Source of the DNA: Octopus vulgaris
Lineage: Eukaryota
Length of the DNA stretch: 64,000 bases
Direction of reading: 5' to 3'
Assembly (NCBI GenBank): GCA_951406725.2
Contig: OX597816.1
Coordinates: 108,562,001-108,626,000, forward strand
Both the position numbers and the translations under genes were made by a program. A model generated the notes under the pieces. The model was not told where the DNA came from and did no database searches. It saw nothing but the letters and a program-made list of their open reading frames with translations. Positions 51,996 through 64,000 of the stretch are shown here, in pieces; position 1 is the first letter of the stretch; the number at the start of each line of letters is the position of its first letter.

Positions 51996-54900
51996 AAGAT
52001 TTCAGAGATAATGAAAATATATGACAAGATAATTAGCAATGGGCAGTTGACTACATGATCAGGCGAGCATCGGATCAAATACCTGGTGTTACTTGTTTTA
52101 TATTCCTTTACATTTTGATTTCTAAATCCATCTAGATCAATGATTCAGCCTTTCATCTGTCTTGAGATCAAGGAATTAAGTACAAGCATTGAGATCAATA
52201 TAATTAACTACACTCTTGAAAGAGGTGCTCCAGCATGGCTGCATTCTAATGACTGTGACCATATAAAAGAATACATAAATATTCATACACCACTCCTCTC
52301 CCCACCACTCTCTCTCTCTCTCTCTCATAAATCATCATCATCATCACTACTATTTAACCACTTAGCATTTAAACAGGCCGTATAAACCCCCAAATGTTCT
52401 ACCAGTTTTATGCTGAAACTGACCCGATCAAGCCTCTCATGCCTACTCTACAATGTCATTCTAAAAATAAACAATCACATCATCAAAATCTCGAGACTCA
52501 GTGACAATACGTGATTAATTTTTTAAAATGTGGATAAAGAAGCTTTACATTTGATAAATTAATCTGAATGCTGAAGGGTAAAACAGGTCGTACCCAACCC
52601 CAAATGTTCTACCTGTTTTATGTTCAAACTGGCCAGATCTGGCCTATCACACTTATCTGGCAATGACATTCAAATCATAAACAATCACATCATAAAAATC
52701 TCAAAGCTACAAGATAATGCATGATTAATTCAAAAACAAAGGGAATAAGTAAACATTACATTTGACAGAGTAATCTGAATAATAAAGGGTTTATATCCAT
52801 TTCCCATACTGGCATGGGATGGACAGTTTTGATAGCTGGATGCCCTTTTCTAATGCTAACCACTTTACAGTGTGTAGTGAGTGTTTTTTTTTTTTAATAC
52901 AACAAGCTAGTTAGGTTGGCAAGTGCCTTGTAAAACAAGAACAGGAAGAAGAGAGAAAAATGGGGAAAATGAAAATGCCTCCTTGAGTAAATGGGATAGG
53001 TGTATTTGAGCAGGGGGGGGGGGGGGGCAACGGTTTTACATCAAGTATGATAGAGGGGCAAGCCCAGGTGTTTTGCATTAGAGGAAATACAAGGCTCCTT
53101 GCCCCCTGCATCATAAAAGGGTAGGCAGGAGTGGCTGGGAAGACGGTAGAGGTGATGGTGATGAGATGCAAGATCATCCCAAGATACAAGAAGGCAAGTA
53201 AAGAGACAATAAACAGTGGATTTGAGGGGGGTGAGAGAAGTTTCATAAGACTGTGAGGGGGAGAGTTATAGATGGTTCACAATGGAGATGTAGCCGTGAA
53301 TGTAGAACAAGGATGGAGGTGCAGTTGATGGAAAATACCAGAACAGAGAGGGACAAGGTAAGAGATCAAAGAATAGCTCAGGAAGGAGAATAGATCAGAA
53401 AGTAAGTAAATGGGGGGGGGGGGGGCACAGATATGGCTGTGTTGTTAAGGAATTCACTTTGCAATTATCAACTTTCAAGTACCATGTTAATCACATGCAT
53501 TCTTATTCTTGAAAGTGGTGTGACCCAGTAGTGCAAATCCAATTTCACAGCTTACACTCACTGAAAGTGGAACCAAGTTACAATTAAAAAGGTCTTAAGA
53601 AATGTTTTCTGATAAAACTTAATTAGCAAATAACGAGCGCCACTTAACAACAGCAAACCCTGTTCTACCACTTAAAATAATTAAACACTAGGTTTATCAA
53701 GAACCCTGCTGGTTCTAGCTGTGAATCTGCAGTCCCTTTGTTCTGTCACAAACCACTATAAATTACTTTCCTTTCCTATACAATGCTCTCCCACATTATT
53801 ACAAGTAGGGGTGTTATCGGAACAAGCATGGTAAGTTTACTTCCCAACCATGGGTTTCAAGTTCCAGTCCCACTACAGAGCACCTTGAGCAAAGTGTCTT
53901 CTACTATAGCCCCAGGCCACCCAAAGCCTTGTGAGTGCATTTAGTAAACAGAAACCAAAAGAAACCCATTGTGTGTGTGTATGTGCACGCACATGTGCAC
54001 ATGCATAGAGGAGTCTGTGTCTCCTTGTTTTGACATCATGTGATAGGCACAGTGAATAATGCACTTTTGAATACACTATATCTAGTGGAAATAAAAAAAA
54101 AGAGATAGAATGGTCTCAGCTGGAATAACTTTGATCATAAATTTGGAATCCAAGAAAAATGGTGAAGTTCAAATTTTGGGGACTAAATATGTTTCAAGCC
54201 CTTAATCTTTGGATAGCATGGTTCAAGCTCTTGATCTTTGGAAAGCATGGTTCAAAACAGGTAAAGTTACCTAGGATAGAAAGTGAATTTTACTGAAGTC
54301 AGTATACTAATTTCAAAATAGTAAAAGAGTTGAAGGGGTTAAAGGCAAAGTTGAACTCAACAGGATTTGAACTCAGATAACACAGAACCTGAACAAATAC
54401 TGCAAAGCATTTCAGCTGATGCTCTAGTAATTCTGTCAATTCGGGTTCTTTGCTTTGCCTACTTCAAAATCTTAAAGCTAAATTCTATATTGTATGTTAA
54501 AGTTTCCAGCCTTAATGTTAATAAATACAGTAATATCTTCCTACTGACAGAAACATTTCTTTATGACATTTGTCTTGAGTTTGTGATTAACATCAGTTAA
54601 CAAGAATCATGCTAAAATCAGATTGTGGCACCATGACAGAATTAGATACAGCTTAGATATTATTAACAAGATACAGGAATATTATCTAAATTCTAAAGCA
54701 ATAGTTATCTTTGTCTTTCACTAGCAAAATAAATTGCAAGAGATATTAGTTTGGGATTTTTCAATGAATATTCTAATGATAAAGTAGTCCCAAATACATC
54801 TATATCTAAATACATACATTGAGGCTGTAGATCACTAAATATGTGTGCCAAGGTTATAGACCAACACGTCTGCAGTTACCTACCTAATCTTACAGCCTGC

Positions 54901-55708
54901 TTGTTCATAAATTAGAGAGAAAAGCTAAGCAGCAATAACTTCAAAGTCTTTCATTCATATCTACATGTTTAATAGAGAAGACTAAAAAAACAAATACATA
55001 GCACATCTTATCTAAGGGAAGTGAATGCAAGAATGTTTGTGTGGTTAAGAAGTTTACTTCGCAATCACCTAGTTTTGAGTTCAATCTCATTGCAGAGCGT
55101 CATCTTCTATGATATCCACCTTGTAAGTGAAACGAAGAAAAAAGAACTGCAAAGAACACACATGCATGTGTAAGTTGTAGACATGTTGAGAATTGTTGCT
55201 GAGAAAGCTAAAAGACCAGTGCTTTTCGAATGTGCTCCTTTGATATATTTGTTATGCACTGAGTTGGGCCTCCTTGCTCCCTTATCCCTCCTGCCATCAA
55301 AAATGCAGTGGACCAGTGATTGGTTCACTGGAAACCTGTAATTATCTTCTTGGAATCCAAATTGCATTTTAAAATAAACAAACAACAATTTTGTGGAACC
55401 ATGTCTTACCATCAAAGTATGGTGGGGGAATACCTCAGTTGCCCACTATATATGTTTGCTATTGTTTTTTAACAGAGAAAAATGCCATGAAATTTTGAGA
55501 AAACAGTATAACCGATGAAATTGCTCCTTATTTTAGCAATTATGAAAGGATATGGCAAAGTTAACCACAGTAAGATTTGAACTCAGAATACAAAGGATTT
55601 ACCAAAGTATTTGGCACAATACTCTACCAATTCAGCCACTCGCTGGCTTTCTTGTTGCGTAATGTATTAATCAAAATCCATATGCAAAAAGTTGCAAAGA
55701 CAACAGAG

Positions 55709-55762
<54 letters not shown>

Positions 55763-56294
55763 GTTCAATCAGAATGCAAAATGGGATTAAGATATTCTGA
55801 GATTTTGAAATTTATCATATGTTAATAGCATATGATCAAAGACAAAATTATCACCATCATCATCATCACTATCATTGTTGCCTCCATCGTTGTTGTCATC
55901 GACATTCCTCTAATCTTCATTACTATCACCTATTTAATATCTACCTTTCAACCCACATACCTATCCATTCCATACATGTGTGATGAGTTACACAAGCATT
56001 TTGGTATGCATTTCTTTGTTTATATTAAAATATGGCCTTCAACCTGCATGATAATTTCTATGATGTACAACGTACACACTCACACACAAATAGAGATACC
56101 TGCTTAGAACACCCACATTGTATAGAGAACACCCACATCACCTCACACAAGAGAAAACACCCACACTGTCATGCATAAACGAGCAACTGTGTAGATAAAT
56201 GAATTCCGTTGACGCATATATGAATGGCATCACAAATATAAATCAATACATGCCAATGGGAGATCTACAAAAAAATAAAAGAATAAATAAAACA

Positions 56295-56584
56295 ATAAAG
56301 TCTTGTATAAAAATGAACATGGTGAGCTCTTGTAAAAACAATATGCTTAACTTTTGTAAAGCATACATCCTACATGTTTAGCTCTTGTAGTAAAAAACCA
56401 CATGTTTAGCTCATGCAAACATACATGATTTAACTGTTATGAAAGATATGCTATCTCTAATTAACCATACATGTTTAGCTCTTATAAAACACACATGTTA
56501 TGACAGATATGTTTAGCTCATATTAAACATACATGTTTAATGCCTGTAAATAACATGTTTTCGATCTTGTAAAATAAGAACATG
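56295..56584. repeat. Degenerate minisatellite, ~23-28-bp unit acatgtttagctcttgtaaaac
   Basis: acatgtttagctc and variants recur about ten times. Confidence 0.75.
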
Positions 56585-57271
56585 ATTGATTGATGTTGCT
56601 GTCACAGTGCTGGTGTTAATGATAGTTGTGGTGATAGCGGTGGTGGTGGTGGTAGCAGTGCCTGTTGTTGTGGTCATGATAGCAAAGGTGATAGTAAATA
56701 ACTGTAGTTGTGCTGTTAGTGAGTTTAATGGTATTGATAATGGTGGTAGTGATTATAGTTATGGAGGTGTTGGTAGTGGCTGTGCAGAGGTGGTTGTTAT
56801 GATGATTGAAATTGTTGCTGTTGTGCTGGTGATAGTCATAATGATTGTGGTCTTGTATGACTTATTGAGTTGATGATGATAGTGATTGTCGTACAGGTGG
56901 CAGTTGTGGTGGTTATTATAAGTTTTTCTGTTGTTGTTAAGGTACAAGGATTATAGGTAGAGGAGGATTATTGTTCAGTGGTGGTTTTGCTCTTTTTTTT
57001 TTTATCTTAACTATTGCTAATAATAATCCTTTCTACTATAGAAACAAGACTTGAAATTTTGGGGGTTGGAGTTGAAATGTTGGGGGTTAGAGTTGGATTA
57101 TATCGATCCCAGTACTTGACTGCTATTTATTTTATCAACCCCGGAAGGATGAAAGGCAAAGTCAACCTCAGCAGAATTTGAACTCAGAATGTGAAATGCT
57201 GCTTAGCATTTCACCTACTGCTTAGCATTTCACCCAGTGTGCTAATGATTCTGCTAGCTTACTGCCTTAAT

Positions 57272-57586
57272 TTTTTTTTTTTTTTTGGTTATGCACCCTT
57301 TCCAAGACAAGCCAGGCACATGGGCCTGGTTGCTATAGCATATGTGTTCCCCCAGCTGGACAGGACGCCAGTCCATCGCAGTGTTACTCAAGAAACAGGA
57401 AGAAAGAGTGAAAGAAAGTTGGGGCGAAAGAGTATAACAAGGCTCACCACCACCCCCTGCCAGAGCCTTGAGAAGCTTTTAGGTGTCTTCACGCAATAAA
57501 CACACACAATGCCCGGTCTGGGAATCGAAACCATGATCCTCCAACCGCGAGTCTGCTGCCCTAACCACTGGGCCATTGCGCCTCTA
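57272..57586 (-). mobile_element. tRNA-derived SINE with poly(A) tail and 14-bp TSD
   Basis: Head ggcgcaatggcccagtggttagg..ggtttcgattccc. TSD cttactgccttaat at 57258-57271 and 57587-57600. Confidence 0.9.
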
Positions 57587-57625
57587 CTTACTGCCTTAAT
57601 AATAATAATAATGATAATAATAATG

Positions 57626-57657
<32 letters not shown>

Positions 57658-59008
57658 CTTTTCTACTGAAGGCACATGGCCTGAAATTTTGGGGGAGGGG
57701 ACTAAGTCAATTTCATCGACCCCAGTATTTCACTGGCACTTAATTTATCGAGTTAATTTATTGACCCTGAAAGTATGAAAGGCAAAATCGACCTTGGCGG
57801 GATTTGAACTCAGAATATAAAAACAGATGAAATACTGCTAAGCATTTCACCCAGCATGCTATTATTACCACTACCAGATAAGCTACTACATCTGCAGTGT
57901 CCTAATACTACCTACTATGCTGTCTGTTACTATGATTACTACTACATTACTATGATAAGTTTTAACACTACCACTACTACTACAACAATGATAGTGTTAC
58001 CTGCATGTAAGCGACACTACCACCACGACAAAATTATTACAAACACTACCATCAACACCACTACTATCAACCATCACCACCGCTACCAAAACAACAATAG
58101 CCATCACCACAAGGTAAGAAGGGAGATTCTCTCTACACAATTGTTTTGGCTGCTATTTCTAGCAGCCAACTTTTTACACAACACCAGCCTACCATCTTCA
58201 ATGTGATAGGGAACCTCCTAAAAAAAGATGAGAAAGTCATTAAGATAAGTCAGTCACTGTTTGAGTGTCAGATCTGCTCTATTAATTGACATGAAACTTC
58301 AACTATAACACTAGGCCAATGAAAGGAGCCTCTATGTGGCTGCCCGAAATGCTAGAAATAACAGCTAAATCTTCTTTAAATTACACCCTGCCATTTTTAA
58401 AATAAAAGACACATTACATAATGTAGTTCAGGTTACATAATTCAGGAAAAAAAGTTAACAAAAAAAAAAAAAGAAAATGGGATGGTTTACAGCTTGAATA
58501 TCATTTGGTCATAAGTCTTCCTGGTTGGTGTTCATTTGGGTCTAATAACAACAGTATATCATGTCTTTAGAAGTTAAAAATAAAGGGTGGGGAAAAACTG
58601 CAAGTGAATTCTATATTTGCAAAGAGAAATTTTAAAAAATGAAATGAAATGCTATCCTACCAAAGCGCCACACCTTCTCTACATCAATCATCAGCGGTGA
58701 ATCATGATTAAAGAGTGAGTTTTTCCATGTTGGTTTTGTTATTATTTTTTTCTTTTTTCTTTTCTTTATTTTTATTTCTTTTATTTTTTATTTTCATTCT
58801 CTACCTCCATCCTACTTTTCTCTTTACTTTTGACACAGATTGTAAAATTGCACTGAGAATGAAGTTGGGAGAGTGGAGGGGGTGAATCAAGGACAAGGAA
58901 AGCAATTCATTCATTCCATAAATATGCTCCTAATGCATTTTCTAATAATTATAACATATCAGAGGCTGAACCAACAAGAAAGAAAGAAAGAAAGAAAGAA
59001 AGAGAGAC

Positions 59009-59073
<65 letters not shown>

Positions 59074-59197
59074 GTTAAATTGATCACTGCAAATGCCAGA
59101 AATAGCAGCCAAGTTAACTTCAAATGTCACCACCTTAAATTCCTTTAAAAATAATAATAAAACAACTAGGTAGAATGCCTTGAACTATGTCCTAAAT

Positions 59198-59417
59198 CAG
59201 TGATTCCCAACACGGGGCATATGCCCCACTGGTGGGACGTGGGATTCTTTTTCGTTTTTCTTTTTTTTTTCTTCAGTAGGACTTGGAATTGTGAAAATCT
59301 TTTTTGTCACAGCAAACATATTACACCAATACATTTTTTTCTAACCACTGCAGTGGGGAATACATTTTCCTGCTAAGTTACAGTGAGACCTGGGAGAAAA
59401 TAAGTTGAGAAACATTG
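59198..59417. mobile_element. hAT MITE inserted in a family E repeat
   Basis: TIRs cagtgattcccaac / gttgagaaacattg; TSD tcctaaat / tcctagat. Confidence 0.8.
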
Positions 59418-60589
59418 TCCTAGATACTGTATCTCAGTATGGAATGGGATGAGATAGAATGGTCAAAGCTGGAATATGTTCCATAATATACCTGTTCCAG
59501 TTAATGATAACCTGGGGCTGTACAAGAACAAAAACAGTAGCAGCAATATGAAGGGCTTTTTTTTTTTCTTTCTTTTCCACAGTTGCCACAGGTGCTGGAA
59601 TAATGGTGTTTGTGGTAAAATTCACTTCAAAACTACATGGTTCCAGGCTCAATTCCACTTAACAGCACTTTCGTCAAGTGCCTTCAACAGATCGTACACA
59701 CGAACACACAGGCTTTGACAGTGGTCAATACTTCAGAAAATAGTGTTAACTAAGCACATGGCATGGTGGTTAGAGTGTTGGACTCATAATCGTAAACTGT
59801 GGTTGCAATTCCTGGATCAGGTAATGTGTGTTCTTGAGAAAAACACTTCATTTCATGTTGCTTCAGTCCACTCATCTGACAAAAATGAGTAATCCTGTGA
59901 CAGACCAGTGTCCTGTACAAGAAGGTATACATACACCAGTGAAACCAAGAAACCAACCCTATCAAAATGTCTTTTTCATAAACAGATTTTGCCTAACTGT
60001 GAAAAATATAGTGGCCAAACTACAAGTTTTTCTCTCTGTGGACAGAAAAAAAAAGATTTATCTAATGGGTTTCAGCATTTATTAATACCACATCAGTGAT
60101 CGATTACTCATTCCAATCTAGAGAGAGAATAGTAGCTTATATTTATATTTTGTGCCAACTCTAACAGAACTAAATTAGTTTCCTTAACTTGCATATCATA
60201 AGGTAGCTTGGGTATGTATGAATTAATTGATTAATCCAAATGCTATTGAGTGCTTCTATTAATTTATTCATGTTGCCAATGTTTCATTTGTTATGCAGAT
60301 GAAATTAAATAATTTCAACTAAGATTAGACTCTAATCTCTGTTCTTTGAGAGCTTATTTCATATTATAGTGCTCAAAATTGGTCACAAAATTAATGTATT
60401 TTGACTAAGTACATACACATATACACACACACTTAAACTCAATCCATCAAAAGATTACTTCATATATTAAAGTGTTGACTAATTAGTCACAAAGATAATT
60501 TATTTTGACTTAAAATACACACATGTCCAATTTTTGTTTCAGAGATAGTTGAATGGTTGAGTAAATCTATAGTGGCTGAGCTTTTATCT

Positions 60590-61318
60590 TTTATCTGTTT
60601 TAGTAATTGGTCTGTGGTCATACTGGGGCAGCACCTTGAACAGTTTAGTTGAACATCAACCCCTAATACTTATTTTTGGCTCTTTTGGGCTGCTATTCAT
60701 TCTTTTAGTCTCTTAGTGATGGAGAACAAACACACACATATATATGATAGGATTCTTTCAGTTTCCCTCAACCAAATCCACTTTCAAAGCTTTGGTCACC
60801 CAAGGGCTATAGTAAAAGACACTTGCCCAAGGTACCACATGGTGAGTGATGTTGGTTGAACCTGGAACTACAAGGTTGGGAAGTAAACCTCTTACCACAC
60901 TGCCACACATAAATCTGTAGCCTTATCTTTTATCCTTTACTTGTTTCAGTCATTTGACTACGGTCATGCTGGGCCACAGCCTTGAAGGGTTTTAGTCAAA
61001 CAAATCAACACAAGGATTTATCTTTTAAAACTTAGTACTTATTCTATAGGTATTTTTTGCCAAATCACTAAGTTATAGAGATGAAAACACACCAACACCA
61101 GTTGTCAAGTGGTGGTAGGGGACAAACAGACACACACACGGATACATGCATGTATGCGACGGGCTTCTTTCAGTTCCCATCTACCAAATCCATTCACAAG
61201 GCTTTGGTTGGCCAAAGACTATAGAAGACACTGGCCCAAGGTGATACACAGTGGGACACAACCCGGAACCATGTGGTTGAGAAACATGCTTCTTACCACA
61301 CGGCCACACATGCGCCTA
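60590..61318 (-). mobile_element. Two tandem SINE family A copies
   Basis: Copies at ~60590-60910 and ~60925-61318. Confidence 0.82.
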
Positions 61319-61588
61319 TAGAACTATAGTATTTTTAAAAATCTTTTTATTCATGCATTTATTGGTAATTATAGTTAACAACTCTAGTGGAATAAACAGC
61401 AAAGTCAAGCTCTGAAAGATCTGGAAATGAAATAACTCAGCAAGCAGCTACTGTTTTGAGGAAATCAACTCACAGCTTTACTATGTCATTAAGATATTAA
61501 ATCCTTTGGCAGTCAAAAAAAAAAAAGAAAAACACTGGGGAGTACTGATAAGCAAAATCTTCCTCCTCCTGCCTGCAACCCATTCACA

Positions 61589-61630
<42 letters not shown>

Positions 61631-61957
61631 CCAGTCCACTCCACTATTAAGCTATGACAACTCACAATCAGCAATGGTCATTAACAACTGCATGCTTTAT
61701 CAAGCATTGCTTTTAGTGTCTCTATAATATGCTGTACTAGTTTGGAATGTATGTCATGCAAAGATTAAATATTTTTCTCCACACACACAAACACACACAC
61801 ATACAATTGCTATGGATTCTTTTACAGCCAGTGAAAAACTTCCATTTAAACTGGTCATGTACAGCTCAAATATTCAACTTGCATTATGTTAAAACTGATC
61901 ATATCAGGCCTCTCACACCTAGCCTACAATGTCATTTTAAAAACAGACAATCACATC

Positions 61958-62358
61958 TAGGTGCAGGCTGTGTGGTAAGAAACTTGCTTCCAAACCACAT
62001 GTATCTGGGCTCAGTCCCACTGCATGGCACCTTGAGAAAGTGTCTTCTACTATAGATAGCCTCATGCCAACCAAAGCCTTGTGAGTTGATTTGCTAGATG
62101 GAAACTAAAAGAAACCCATCGTATATATATATGTACATACATTCATGTGTATGTGTGCATGGGTGGGGGGTAAAAGCACAGGAGTGGCTGTTTACAGGTG
62201 CAGGAGTGGCTATGTGGTTGGGAGGCTTGCTTTCTAACCACATGATTCTGGGTTCGGTCCTGCTGTATGGCACCTTGGGTAGGTATCTTCTACTGTAGTC
62301 TCAGGCCAACCAAGGCCTTGTGAGTGAATTTAGTAGACGGAAACTGAAAGAAGCCTGC

Positions 62359-62390
<32 letters not shown>

Positions 62391-62897
62391 GATATAGATA
62401 GATAGATATGTATGTATTTGCGTGTCTGTGTTTGTCCCCCCCCCCATTGCTTGACAACCAATGTTGATGTGTTTATGTCCCCATAAACATAGCAGTTCAG
62501 CAAAAGAGACTGATAGAGTAAGTACTAGGTTTACTAAGAATAAGTCCTGGGGTCGATTTGTTCAATTAAAGGCGTTGCTCCAGCATGGCCACAATCAAAT
62601 GACTGAAACAAGTAAACAAATATAAGTATAAAAGAATATATATATATACACATATGTATATATCTGTATGTCTTTGTGTCTGCGTGTCTCTCATCACATC
62701 AAAACTTGACAACTAATGTTGGTGCATTTACGTCCCCGTAACTTAGTGGTTCAGCAAAAGTGCCCAATAGAATAAAGTATCAGGCTTAAAAAGTTTTTTA
62801 AAAAGTCCTGGGATTGATTTGTTCAACTAAAACCTTTCAAGATGATGCTCCAGCATGGCCACAGTCAAATGACTGAAACAAGTAAAAGAATAAAAGA
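61958..62897 (+). mobile_element. Stack of SINE family A units (head, full copy, extra 3' half) inside a family F MITE
   Basis: Heads at ~61960 and ~62197; 3' ends at ~62615 and ~62895; the MITE resumes at catcattaaaatctc. Confidence 0.85.
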
Positions 62898-63162
62898 GCA
62901 TCATTAAAATCTCAAAGCTACAAGATAATGCAAGATTAATTCAAACCAATGTGAATCAATAAGCATTGCATTTGATGAAGTAATCTGAATGCCTAACAGA
63001 TAAGATATCAGTTAGCATTGGTTGCCTGCACAATAACTGACAGCAACCCATCTCAAACTACCCCTGGTTCTGTGACACAAACTTCCTGTTTTCATTTAAT
63101 CCAAATTAAAATGTTCCATCAAAATTCCTGATAATATATGTTTCAAACTTCAGTTTAATAAT

Positions 63163-63590
63163 CCTTTCTACTATAGGCATAAGGCCTGAAATTTTAGGGG
63201 AGGGGACTAGTCGATTACACCAACCCCGGTATTTCACTGGTACTTAATTTATCAACCTTGAAAGGATGAAAGGCAAAAATCAACCTTGGCAGAACTTGAA
63301 CTCAGAACATAGCAACGAGCGAAATACTGCTAAGCATATTGCTGGGCATGCTAATAATTCTTATTTCTTTATTGCCCACAAGGGGCTAAACACAGAGGGG
63401 ACAAACAAGGACAAAGGGATCAAGTCGATTACATCGACCCCAGTGCGTAACTGGTACCTAATTTATGGACCCTGAAAGGATGAAAGGCAAAGTCAGCCTC
63501 GGCAGAATTTGAACTCAGAACATAACGGCAGACAAAATACCGCTAAGCATTTCTCCCGGCGTGCTAACGATTCTGCCAGCTCACCACCTT
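63163..63590 (-). mobile_element. Family B SINE dimer with a shared 16-bp TSD inside a family G MITE
   Basis: TSD acttcag(t/c)ttaataat at 63147-63162 and 63591-63606; two cores with different tails. Confidence 0.85.
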
Positions 63591-64000
63591 ACTTCAGCTT
63601 AATAATGATAGATGTTATATTCATTACTTGTGATCAACTTCTTGTTTTCTAATGACAAAAAATTTTACAAAATTCTTCATCATTTTCAAAATTAATTGAA
63701 ACAAAAGCAAAGCATTTTAATAGAAGCATAGTAATGAAAAAGTTATCATGGGACTAACATATGTACACCAGTATCACATGCAGACTGTCATAAAAAGCAC
63801 AAATCCACTTTTACATCTGAGACTGAAACAATTAAGAAACTATGGTATGCTATGGTAAGTACTGGGAATGTTTTTCGTTACCTTATCCCAATGTAAGTTC
63901 AAATGGTAGACTGTGAGATGAGGGAGATTTGGCTGTTATTCTTAGCAGATCAAGTAATCTCTTAGATGGTCTCTAAAAGGGTAAAAACACCCTTTGGTCA

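Noticed and set aside
55107-55415. 102-aa minus-strand ORF
   Set aside because: No fitting splice sites or coil character; at best a very decayed RTE-like fragment.
56586-56947. Hydrophobic Val/Ile-rich ORF resembling a membrane protein
   Set aside because: Degenerate (GGT/GAT/TGT)n low-complexity tract.
57510-57586. tRNA gene candidates at SINE heads
   Set aside because: A/B boxes run straight into SINE bodies with tails and TSDs; no complete cloverleaf.

Overview
AT-rich, microsatellite- and SINE-dense eukaryotic DNA. The repeat families look like those of an Octopus genome; this is inferred from repeat motifs, not from a database hit. The window appears to lie inside one large minus-strand gene. 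I assembled seven short exons by hand (40284-40188, 33649-33515, 29564-29497, 19722-19622, 18259-18184, 10453-10339, 2346-2305). All have canonical AG/GT ends and matching phases, and they join into a stop-free 211-aa internal coiled-coil segment that I cannot name. The introns hold several tRNA-derived SINE families, a 5'-truncated CR1-group LINE with an intact 288-aa RT tail, decayed RTE and CR1 fragments, a mariner relic, and hAT, piggyBac-like, pogo-like and Helitron-like non-autonomous elements. Most ORFs in the supplied track are microsatellite or repeat artefacts. The most interesting signals are: (1) a tandemly amplified ~61-bp double-hairpin module in an RTE-associated element, including a ~350-bp head-to-tail multimer; (2) three Penelope-type minimal hammerhead motifs, all antisense to the host gene; (3) inverted repeat pairs that could form editing or back-splicing duplexes. 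None of these is shown to be a new system. Repeat boundaries are approximate unless TSDs or TIRs are given.
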